DNA from: Blastocystis sp. Blastoise
Lineage: Eukaryota; Protista; Bigyra: Opalinata
Direction: 5' to 3'
Assembly: GCA_039096225.1 (NCBI GenBank)
Contig: JBBPEB010000015.1
Location: 558,001 to 622,000 of the forward strand
DNA length: 64,000 bases
Position numbers and translations under genes: made by a program. How positions within the stretch are numbered: the stretch's first letter is position 1; each line of letters begins with the position of its first letter. Below are positions 15,271 through 27,152 of this stretch, piece by piece. The notes below the pieces were generated by a model, which saw only the letters and a program-made list of their open reading frames with translations, was not told the origin of the DNA and ran no database searches.

Positions 15271-15855
15271 TATATAATCATATCTATTTACCTATATAAC
15301 TATATATATAGATCAGAACGTCGTTCTCTTCGTGATTTCATTAAAAATAAAAAGAAGATGTCATCACTCAATGCATCTCCTCAAAAGACTATATCTTCTC
15401 AAGAGAATAATGTACAGATAGAATCATCTTCTATTTCTTCTCCTATAGACACCTTAGATAATAATAATAATTCTATAAATACTACTGTAGATCCAAATGT
15501 GAAACTCAATACTTCAAAGGACTCAAATTCTATTATTATACAAGAACCAAATATATCTAGTCTCATTATGCCTCCTTTAAATAATGATATTATCATGAAT
15601 AATAACAATATTATTGATAGTCAACAAACAAGTAATTCTTCAGAAGACATCAAGAACAATCAATCTTCTCTTATTGAAAGTATACCTGTAACAACTGTTT
15701 CTAATTCTAATTCATCTATGATCTCCAATGATAATCACGATATACAAAACTTGAATAACAATCAACAACTAGCATTCACAAATGATACTTCATCTACAAC
15801 AACTATTGATCATTCGGATCCCAATACAGACCTTGATTTATCTTCAACTCAATAA
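13411..15855 (+). CDS. CLASP-N/TOG (HEAT-repeat) domain protein with low-complexity C-terminus
   Basis: NDW...LNSLRSVVAKTAM..., KACGDKNFINEAG and LKDRNPK fit CLASP/FAM179 TOG domains. Confidence 0.72.
14815..15045. repeat. Intronic AT-rich minisatellite (unit about 35 bp)
   Basis: Repeated ttatatataattatatgctatatatataattattat. Confidence 0.75.
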
Positions 15856-16169
15856 AGTTCTTGTCTACTATTTTCAAATAACGCTATCTGATTCTTCTTG
15901 ATTTTTCGATAACTTTAGTTTTTGATTTGTATGTTTTTATTATTGTTCGTTTATAATTATTTTTCCACATTTTTTCTACTTTTCAAAGATATCGTCTCTA
16001 TTGTTTTTCTTTTTTCTTTTTTATGTCTTACAGTTACTTTATGTATTTATATCTTTGTTTGTTCTATGCTCTAAAGAACAAATTATTTTGTCTCTTCTTG
16101 TTTGGAGTATTTCTATCAATTCTTTCATTATTTTTATACGCACAAAAAATATCTTTATATCATACATAC

Positions 16170-16178
16170 ATAAAAAAC
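16170..16178 (+). repeat. Left target-site duplication ATAAAAAAC
   Basis: Identical 9-mer directly outside both TIRs; 9 bp is typical of Mutator. Confidence 0.93.
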
Positions 16179-16883
16179 GAGAACTTGATTAACCTCGTCC
16201 CGTTTTTGTGTTTTATTTTTGGTCGTCCCGCGGGACGAGTGAGTCATAAAATGAACTTTTTTTTTACCAATAATAATTTACTCTTGTATTTTTCTTCTAA
16301 AAGAACTTCTAAAAATTTATCAAAGTCGTCCCATATATTATTCAACTTTTATATTATCTTAAATGATAGATTTTAATGTAAACACAGTATGTATGCTATT
16401 GTGATACTTGTATAAGACGACAGGAAATAAAATATAAACTTGTTTTTTGTCATTCTTAGTATATCACTCAGAATTCTGGGTATAAACTTTGTTTTGACAC
16501 TCTTATATAATATTAAATTATAAATAAAGGTACACTGAACTATTTTGAGCTTTTAATAAAAAAACGTAAACATTTCTACATTTCTTGTCTTGAAGTTGTA
16601 AATTAAGTGAGTCTATTTGTATTCAGTCAATTTCAGACTAGTAAAGTTATCACAATAAAATACTCAAAGCAAAAACACAATTTTAACAAATGTAGTGAAT
16701 TCTTTAAAATGGAGAGTATTTTCTTACAAAATAAATATAATTTTTACTATATTGACATAAATAAAGATTTATAATTAAAATAAAATAATAAACTATAAAA
16801 ATAAAAATTAACGACAAATAAAATATGAGAAAATAAATTGTTTTATTCTTGTGCTTTATTTTGTGTTTAGTCCATATTTATTT
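16179..16883 (+). repeat. Left TIR of MULE (705 bp)
   Basis: Reverse complement of 26439-27143; no mismatches seen in the stretches compared. Confidence 0.95.
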
Positions 16884-16893
16884 TATTTTCTTT

Positions 16894-19800
16894 ATGAGTT
16901 CAGCAAAAGAAATAAAGCAAGTGGCCTTGGAGGATGTTGGACTGTGCTCCCACTACAACAGCCGTGAAGAGTTGCTGAAGAGCTATTCATTATATAGATC
17001 AATCTATCACTTTTGCGTAAGACAACGTGGTGGGCATACGCTAACATATGTGTGCTCAAACAGTGATTGCCCTTTTATTGTTAAATATACAAAAAATGAA
17101 AAAGGTTTTGAAGCACAATCGTACTGTTGTTCCCACAATCATAAAGGTATTATTATATAACTATTACTATTTGTTAACACTCTATAAAGAAAACTTAAAT
17201 CAGTCCTATTCAACAAAACTAGTATATGATGATGCAAGTATATAATACTATATATTATTATTGTTATTATGCTTGATTTATTATGTTTTAATTTTTAATT
17301 TACGTAAATGAAACTCGTTTATTTATATATACAGAAAATATTTTATTATTTTAAAATTATTATGATTATTATAAAATATTTAATTATTGATAGATGATAC
17401 TTGCTTAATAAAGAATACTTATTCAAAAACTGGCGTAACATATGGAGAATTTGAAAGGTGTTTCTATTCTTTATTTATAAAAGATCCATTTGGGTTATAC
17501 TCAAGATATAAAACAGAGGCCAAAAGTCACTTTCCAAATATAGAACCAGAAGTACTAGATCACTGGTTTCAAAAATTGTTTAATTCAATATATGGAACGA
17601 ATGAAGATGGTTATCTTATGCTTCCTGCTATGCTTTATTCTATCAAACAGTACGAAAATATTGATTATAAAATTTATGTTAACAAAAATGATAATAAATT
17701 ATTTAGATTAATTGTAGTATATCATTCTGTAATAGAAAAACTTTCAGAATTATATAATAATGAGCTATTCATAGATGCTTCACATAGTCACTCCAAAGAT
17801 AAGTATATTATATATGATATTATAGTTTTATCTTCTTATAATAAAAAATATGTTCTCGGATATATGGTAGATCTAGATGGTGAAGGAAAAAATAGTTGGA
17901 TTGATTTTTTTTCATTTTTAATAAGTCGTGGTATATATTTATAATTAATCTATATTATATGTTTAATTATTAATTTTTTCTTATTATTATATATTGTATA
18001 TATATATTTATAACATTATTTTATCTATTTATTGTTAATTAATATCTTAAATTCAATCAATAATCTTTAGAATATTTATTGCTTCTACATGTTATTATAT
18101 ATTTTATAATTAATTTGAAATTATTTTATTTTTATATATAATGCCTGATAAAAGCTATTTTTTTAAATATCATTGGATATAATCGTTCAGATTTCTTTTT
18201 CCTTAAGTATTGTATTACATTTTCATTTCTATTTGTTTACTAATAATATATATATAGAATTTATTTTATTTCATATCATTTTAATATTTGTTAGTTGAGT
18301 ATTGCTCTATTTTAATATTATTTTATTTTTTATATGGTTTTTTTATTTCATTGATTTTATAAAATTTATTTATTTCACGTTATTTACATATAATATGTTT
18401 CAATAATACATTATTTTATACATATACAATTATAAAATTTACTTATTGGAAGTGCTAAAAATTATGATTTAATCATAAAAATATATATAATTTTATCTAG
18501 TATTCATATATATATATGATCATTAATATATAGGTGTGGATGAAAATTCGAAACTTGTTATTCATTCAGATGGTTTGATGGGTTTATCGGATGCTATTGG
18601 TGAGTTATTTCACTTTTCAACAAATGTTATGTGCGTTTTTCATGCAAGGAATATCATGTATTCAAAAAAAACTATTAAAGAGTCTTCTGATATAAATAGA
18701 ATCTTTTTTCAGTATGCTTCAGCTAAAGATCTTATCTCTGCAAAAAAATATTTACAAGATGAAATTGAATACGTTAATCAACGTAATATAAATGATTCAA
18801 ATGCTAATCTCGTTAAGGATATTAACACTTTAAGTGAATATTTAGATTCATGCGATAAAAGGTTTTGCCGTTTTTTTCATAAAGGATTTACTGTTACCAT
18901 GCTTACAAATAATCCTTCTGAACAAATTCATGCTCAATGGTCAGAAATTGTTAGAAAATCTCCATTATGTTTATTTCCATTTTTCTTTCATATAACCAAT
19001 AGAAAAAATATGTTTGATAACGAGGAAGATTGTATTATAAAGAAAACTATACCTTATGTCTTTCAAAAAAAGGATCAATTATGCAAAGAAGGCGATTTCA
19101 TAATGAAAGGAGAAGGAATAAATGAAATTTATATTTCGAAAAATAATAATTCAATAATTTATACTATAAAATATATTCCAGCTGCTACCTTTTATTGTGA
19201 TTGTCAATTCTGCAAAACCGAAGTTATTTGTGAACATATGATATGGTTTATGAAAGTAAATAAAATAGAATTTGATTCTCTTCCTTACGATCTTGTTAGA
19301 AGATACTTCATTTTTTTGAATATAAAAACATGTAAAAACTGTCCATTTTACCTGTTTACCTCATTTATTTATAAACCCCAATTTAGAGACTCTATATTGA
19401 TTGATACAACCCAAAATTATGGATATAGACAATTTAGGATTATTGATTCAAATGATATTGTTTTTAACAAAGAAAGTATGCTTATATATATTCTTAAAGT
19501 TAGTTTATTCATATATAGCGTTCCAGAATGAATTGAAGAATTTATATAAACAAATATTTTGTGTATATTTAATTATTATTATTTTTATATTTAATAGGCT
19601 GAGTGTGTATCAATCAATGAAATGATTTATCCACTAGACTACTCCATGTATTTAGAATTAAAAAATTATTTTGAAAAACATAATCCGTATCGTGAAGGTA
19701 TATATTTGTTAGTCATAATAAACACTGAACTTATTTTAGACATTATTTCAGAGAAAAGTTGTGAAAAGCGTGAAGAATCAATAACATTGAAGTATACAAA

Positions 19801-21208
19801 TTTTAAAGATGGTTACTCATATACTGCACCTTCTTCCTTGGCTTTTTGTTCGTTAGATGATTATATGATAAATAATACTGTATATTATATATCTAATATT
19901 ATATAATATCGTTTAAATAAAACTTTCTATTTTATTTAGGTATCACTTAAAATAATAAATATTAAGACTGGGGATATATTTTTAAAATCAATAAAACGCT
20001 CTAATACAATTAAAGAACTCAAGGAAGAATTAAATGTAAATTATGAATTATGTGTGTTTTTATTAATGTTATATATAGATAATATTTAAATTACCAGATG
20101 ATGTAACCCTGTTCATATTTTCTTCAGGTGGTTTTCTGGTTAAAGAATCTGAATCAATCAAAAGCATAATAGGTTATGACTCCATTTCAACTCTCAACTT
20201 ATATATATGTTTAGTATGATTTATTATATATTATATATCTATTTATATATAGGTACAATTAAGATGTCAATATAATAGTGAAACACTATTTTGCCATTGT
20301 ACATGTAAATAAATATTTTATTATATATATATATATATATTTTATATAGTTCCACTATGGAATATATTTGGAAAAGAACAAAAACTTGCATGTGGATCAG
20401 TTCATTTCGACTGTATATTGAATTAATTTTTGTTTTCAAACAATAAATCTATTGAATTATCACTTTTGTATATAGATACATGTGATCTACATCAATTTCT
20501 AATGTCATACAAAAACTATAAAGTTCGTATCGACATTATTTCTTTAGAATGTATGTTATATTTTCATCAATTAGTTATTTATTCTTTCAAAATGATGTTT
20601 ATAGACACAAAACAGACTATATGTATTGAATATGACTCACGACCATGCAATTCTAGAGTATTTTATAATATGAAAAAGCTGCAAATAAGCTGTATATATA
20701 TTTATTATTATTAAATTATATTTATTTTGTATAGTGGGGGAACTGGATCGAACAGCTACAAAATATTTACAACAACTTTTAGAATCCTCCTTTTTTGTTT
20801 GTGATAATATTGTTATAACAGGTATTTATTTTATTATTATATATTATTTATATAGGTGAAAAAATTCCTGAATGGGTACGTACATCTCTTCAATACGTAT
20901 CAGGCATAAAAAATATTAATATAAATTGGGACTTATCATGTATTATTTTATTTTTAATATATAATATCTCCATATTTATAGTACACACAATATTTGACTA
21001 TGAAATATTACCTAATATAAATGAAAATTCTGTGGATGGTATATATATATATATATTTTCATTATGTGCTTTGTAAAATATATTCTAATTACTATAGTAA
21101 ATCTTCAGACTCCAATGTCTATACAGAACAGCTCTCCAATATCATTAATAAGTGTTCAGTCAATAAATTCTATTATGGAGAATAAATGCATTTATGACCC
21201 AATTAAAG
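16894..21208 (+). CDS. MULE transposase (WRKY/GCM1-type Zn DBD, DDE core, SWIM, ubiquitin-like domain); probable 5' part of a fused gene ending at 26440
   Basis: YVCSNSDCPF...SHNH (C2H2 DBD); LFIDASH (D1); VIHSDG..CVFH (D2 plus CxxH); TNNPSEQIH (E); YCDCQFCKTEVICEH (SWIM); all GT-AG introns keep frame up to a phase-1 donor at 21209. Confidence 0.92.
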
Positions 21209-21246
21209 GTATGTGTTATGATTGTATTGATTAAAAAACGATTTAG

Positions 21247-21304
<58 letters not shown>

Positions 21305-21306
<2 letters not shown>

Positions 21307-24300
21307 AGCGTTTCACGACTGGCTACGCCAGCCTACGCTTGAATCTAAATAAACATAAAAAAATAATTTGTAAAAAGACTATCTTTTCATTATATAAAAA
21401 TTATTTATTTCAAATTTTGTTTTGTTTTATTAATATTATCAATAATCGTTTCATATTTTATTAATATTATCAATAATTGTTTCATAAAAAGAAAATTAAA
21501 AAATAAAAATTAACTATATATAAAATAAAGATTACATTCTATTTCATTAGTAAATATATTTAAATACTTAAAAAACTATAGTATTGTTTATAAAATAGAG
21601 TTTACACAACAAATAAGTTATTATAAAAAAACTCTAAAAAACTATAACATTTTGAAATACATATACTCACTTTTATTAAAACGAATTTTGTGCTAATATA
21701 CATATATATTTGATTTATTATTTTTATTTATAAAGAATAACTTGAATTTCATTTATTTAAAGTCACAATTACAAAAAATGAGTTCTTTTGAAAGACAAAA
21801 AACATTCTTTAAACAATAATAGTTTTGTATTTAGTGACAAAAAAACGTATTATACGGTTTTAGAAGCAATTAAAATCATTTTACCCATTTTAACATTCCT
21901 ATCAAGCAGTCAACCATGTTTAATTAAACTAATTTTTAATATTTTATGTTCTATAATAAGTCTATTTATTATTTTAATAAAAGGTAACTTGAATCTCTTG
22001 ACTTAACTATTGTAATTCTAAAAGAATAATTTTTTAAACAACTTAAAATATTTATTTATTGTAGATTTTAATATAAAACAATTTAAAAACACTCTATACA
22101 TACTTATTACAACCATATTTAAAAAATAGACTCATTTTAACATTTTGGTCAAACACACAACCACCTTTATTTCAAACAATTCTTTTATTATTATAAACAT
22201 TAAACACTCTAATACTCATTTTTACAGAAAGTGTATTGAATCTCTTCACTTAAGACAGTCAAACAGACAATTCAAAATTATTTTACCCTTTAAACTCATT
22301 ATAAAGTGATAATATTTATAGAATTGCTTTGATATGTGATTTAGGACACATTGAACTACTTTTTACAAAATTATGAGTCAACATGTGCATATACTCATAT
22401 ACTCGTCAACTCCACTTTTGACTATTTTTTTGAGAAATGCAATACATATGTAGTCTAGTTTTCAAATATGTAAAAATTAATTGTCAAATATGAATTTGAT
22501 TTGTCAACTTTCAGAAAATTTTTAGAAAAAAGATTTTTCAATTTTCAGTTTTTTAACATGTTATACTATTGACTCTACTAAACTCATTTCTTAATTAATT
22601 TTAAATATTAAAATTTATATTATTAATATGTTTTATTCTCTATATTTATTTGTTATAATTATATAAAATAATTAAATATTGACTGAGAAATTAATGTTAT
22701 AAAGTATACCCTTTTTTCAAAAAAAATAATTTTTATGTTTTGCATATATAATTTTTTATCTCAAAAGTTATTTTATATTTTGATAATATTTTTCTAAATA
22801 TATAAACTATATGTTATCTAGTTTATAAATAAGTTTTATTTATTTTTTAAAAATTAATATTGATGGAGAAATTGTCAAAACAAACTATAGTATCAAAAAT
22901 GTTTTCTTTTTTTTAAACGACTTATTTCACTAATTAAAGATTTTTAAAAACTAATTTTCTTATTTAAAGCTTATTTATGACATTTCCAAATCATAAAGAC
23001 TGACAACTGACTTTTTAAAACAAACATTGTCAGTATCAGTTCAACATGTTGTCTTAACTTTTGTAAATAAGTCACATACAGTGTCTATGAGTGATTCTAA
23101 ACACTAATCTAAACGTTTTAAGAGTTTATTGAGTTAACATTGTCTGGTGATCTGTTGTCAAAGTCTTTTAAAAACAAAATAAAATAATAAAATATGTTTA
23201 TTTTGGTATTTAGTGATTCAATATAGAGTCAAATATCAAATATATTTATAAATGATGAAATTATTGACAACAAACAAATGAAAAAATTTTAACAAAAATT
23301 TCGAACGTCATTTTTTTATTGAGTTTAACTATTGTCTCCTGTGACTTCATTTTTTAATATTTTAAAAAAATGGCAAAAACGGATGACATTTAGGTCGTCC
23401 TACATCTAAATAAGCTTTAACCTTTTTATTTTATAAAATATTGACTGAGAACTGATGATAACAAAATATACCATTTTTAGAAAAATTTCATTTTTATGTT
23501 TTTCATATAAATTAACATATCTCGGTCAATATTAAATATTAAACAAAAATATAAAAAACGGATGACATCTAGGTTGTCTTGTTTACAAATATGTTTTTAT
23601 TTTTATTATATGTTGAATATTGACTGAGATCTGATGATAACAAAATTGGGTATCAAAGATGAAAAATTTTTATAAACAAATATTTTCTTATTAAAAGATA
23701 TAATTAAAATATAAAACATATTTATGACGGATATAGAGTTAACTAAATACATTAAAGCTCAAATAAGTTTATTAAGAAGGAATGTGTTGGATATCAGTTT
23801 GTCTTTTGTCGTTATTTAAAAGATTTATTGTTGTTTCAGAGTAGTTAAGGTCATTGTCATGACAACTGAAACCACTTTAGAGTTTATAGTTAGTAATGTG
23901 TGTATTGATATGTTGTCAAGTTGTAAATATAAACAAATCTACCCGTCAAAACTATTTATAAGACCAACCCGTCAATAAAAGTTAATTTTATAAAAATAAA
24001 TATAGAGTATGTTAATAGATATAGGAAAAATAAGAAAACAATAAAAAATGAAAAACGAAAAATAAGTGTTTTTATAAAAATGAAAAATATTGGATAAAAA
24101 AAAAATAATCCAATAATTTTGGTTAAAATTTTGTGCGAAAATGGTTTTTTGCGTTTTTTAGCCAGAAATTTAGAATTTTCGAAAAATTTTTTTAACAGTC
24201 ATTTTCAGAATTGTGTTCCGGATTTTATGATGTAATTTTTATTTTATAAAAGTTAATAACAAAGTCAATAATAGTGAAAGTGTGTGAGACACCGTACGCT

Positions 24301-24319
24301 ACATGAACTAAATTAAGGA
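21305..24319 (-). mobile_element. Candidate non-autonomous Helitron-like element nested in a MULE intron
   Basis: Minus strand A|TCCTTAAT...GGCTGGCGTAGCCAGTC GTGAAACGCTTG|T: 5' TC, GC-rich hairpin 12 nt before the end, A/T target, no TSD; removal leaves a 111-nt intron. Terminus is CTTG rather than CTRR and the 5' boundary is uncertain. Confidence 0.55.
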
Positions 24320-24334
24320 TATTAATATATATAG

Positions 24335-26149
24335 ATATTAATGACAAAGAGAAACTTGACATAACTACAATCCATGAGAATACAAAGTGTATACTAGATG
24401 AAAAACAGAAAACATGTCTTCTTAGTCCTTCTGACCTTTTACCATTTTCAGATGATGATATTTCAACTATATCCAGTAAAGAATGTATATTTACATGTAA
24501 TATCATTAATCAAGAAGAAACTGATGAAGAGACAGAAAAATATGAAGATAAGCTTTATGAAAAAGCTAAAGTACATAATTATATTTATATTATAAATTAT
24601 ATATTATATTTATCTGCTTATCAAATTGGTATTTTTATATTTCCTGTAGTTTCTAGTTATTTCCTATCGTTTTATATATTATATTTGTGTATAAAAACTA
24701 TTTATTACTATATATATTATATTTTTATACTATAGAAAATTCTTAAAGAGGATTCGATTTCAGTACGAAGATCAAGTGATTTATATCTAAATGATTTTAT
24801 TATTGATACATATATTAATTATTTATGGCTGGCATTTAAATTATCAAGTCAATCTAAAGATTCTATTAATACCATTTATATAATTGATTATTTTAAAAGA
24901 ATTATAATCGATAGGCAACTGGCTAATAATCAGTCAAATGTATGTTTATAGTTTATATATTATTATTATTTATAGTACTCTAGCCTTATTAATAAAATCA
25001 TTTTGAGTAATACAAATCTAATAATAATACCATACTGTCAGTATACATTATGTTTACAAATTAATTCATTTTTTTAGTTATAACCATTGGATTCTCTATA
25101 CAGTGAGTACTGTAGCTATTAATAATATTGCTAATGGTATATATTTATTATTAAAAAATGTTTAATTGCTATTTCTTTGTTTATTTCGTTTTTAATATTT
25201 TTATCTTTGCTATATTTAGAGTTGAAAAAAAATAAACTAAGAAATTCAATAGATGTATGTAATTATATATAAAAAATTATTATTTATAAAGCTGGAAATC
25301 AGGTGCTATAACTCAATGGAACGAATTACTATTAATTATAACTGTGCAATAATTAAGTATTATTTATTTCTTATTATATTACTAATCTATTTATAGTTTT
25401 GTAAATGCTTTATTTCGAGAAATTATCAAAATGAGATGCCATTATACAGATGATGAATGTAAAGACCTTTTAAAGATATTAAATACGCAAATAAATGTTT
25501 ATGTATTATTTTTATTTTATATTACTATTTATTTAGGAATCTCCTCAACAACACAACTCATATGACTGTGGTTGCTATTTACTAATGAATACGAAATATA
25601 TTATTGAAAATTACTCAATTTGGATAAATAATCCTTCTATTAGTTATACCTTTAGCAGTAGTGTAATAAGAAGTGTTATACTAGAAAAGATGGCATTAAT
25701 GTCACGTATTCCTGGATATAACAGTGTAAAACGATGTATGTAATATTATTTATATATATTAATAAATATATAGTTTTTACTGATATTGAATCCTCAATAA
25801 ATTATATTAAAGAAAACACTCATTATGATACTATAGTAAGTGACAGGGAATATAATACTAGACAAAAATCGTTTATAGAATTTATACAATTAAATAAGTA
25901 TTTTTTAATATATGTAATTCTTTATACTCTATCTTTATTTAGCAAGATCTTCCATGATAATTTAGGCTTAACATTTAAGAATCTAAAAAACAAGCAGCAG
26001 CTTCCTATTCTTAAAAAAAAAATAAAAAAACAAAAATTGTATTATATTAATAAAGCACTTTTAATTCTGGATCCAAATCGTAAACGAACAAAACATGCGA
26101 AGAGATTTGTTGCTCGTAAAGTATCCAGAAAAAAGAATCTAACCAATTC

Positions 26150-26216
<67 letters not shown>

Positions 26217-26295
26217 TATTAAATTGTTTACTATATGATATATTATGTTTATATATATATAGTTATATTCAATTATTTTTTGCATAATTATATTC

Positions 26296-26346
<51 letters not shown>

Positions 26347-26440
26347 TATATATATATACTTTCATAATATTATTTGAATAATTATACACATTATATATAG
26401 TCGTAAAGCTTATAAGGATAAACTAAATACCACAGAATAA
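24335..26440 (+). CDS. Ulp1/C48-family SUMO/UBL-protease domain inside the MULE; probable 3' part of the fused transposase gene
   Basis: LYLNDFIIDTYINYL, IIIPYCHYNHWILY, IRCYNSM and PQQHNSYDCGCYLL; first exon has a phase-1 acceptor and no usable ATG of its own; basic C-terminus; TAA at 26438-26440. Confidence 0.88.
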
Positions 26441-27143
26441 ATAAATATGGACTAAACACAAAATAAAGCACAAGAATAAAACAATTTATTTTCTCATATT
26501 TTATTTGTCGTTAATTTTTATTTTTATAGTTTATTATTTTATTTTAATTATAAATCTTTATTTATGTCAATATAGTAAAAATTATATTTATTTTGTAAGA
26601 AAATACTCTCCATTTTAAAGAATTCACTACATTTGTTAAAATTGTGTTTTTGCTTTGAGTATTTTATTGTGATAACTTTACTAGTCTGAAATTGACTGAA
26701 TACAAATAGACTCACTTAATTTACAACTTCAAGACAAGAAATGTAGAAATGTTTACGTTTTTTTATTAAAAGCTCAAAATAGTTCAGTGTACCTTTATTT
26801 ATAATTTAATATTATATAAGAGTGTCAAAACAAAGTTTATACCCAGAATTCTGAGTGATATACTAAGAATGACAAAAAACAAGTTTATATTTTATTTCCT
26901 GTCGTCTTATACAAGTATCACAATAGCATACATACTGTGTTTACATTAAAATCTATCATTTAAGATAATATAAAAGTTGAATAATATATGGGACGACTTT
27001 GATAAATTTTTAGAAGTTCTTTTAGAAGAAAAATACAAGAGTAAATTATTATTGGTAAAAAAAAAGTTCATTTTATGACTCACTCGTCCCGCGGGACGAC
27101 CAAAAATAAAACACAAAAACGGGACGAGGTTAATCAAGTTCTC
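26439..27143 (-). repeat. Right TIR of MULE (705 bp)
   Basis: Reverse complement of 16179-16883. Confidence 0.95.
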
Positions 27144-27152
27144 ATAAAAAAC
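27144..27152 (+). repeat. Right target-site duplication ATAAAAAAC
   Basis: Identical to 16170-16178. Confidence 0.93.

Larger units (their letters stand above)
16179..27143 (+). mobile_element. Full-length Mutator-like DNA transposon (MULE), 10,965 bp
   Basis: 705-bp terminal inverted repeats starting GAGAAC; perfect 9-bp TSD ATAAAAAAC (16170-16178 and 27144-27152); internal MULE DDE transposase. Confidence 0.96.

Noticed and set aside
16023-16376. ORF sharing an identical peptide with 26946..27185
   Set aside because: It is only the translation of the two TIR copies; no coding signal
19840-19880. SLDDYMINN as the start of a second Ulp1 domain
   Set aside because: No HW or QxNxxDCG motif follows; the downstream exons fit a UBL fold instead
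24225-24334. Independent start codon for the protease gene
   Set aside because: ATGATGTAA and the spliced alternatives I tried all hit stops; the fusion model fits better
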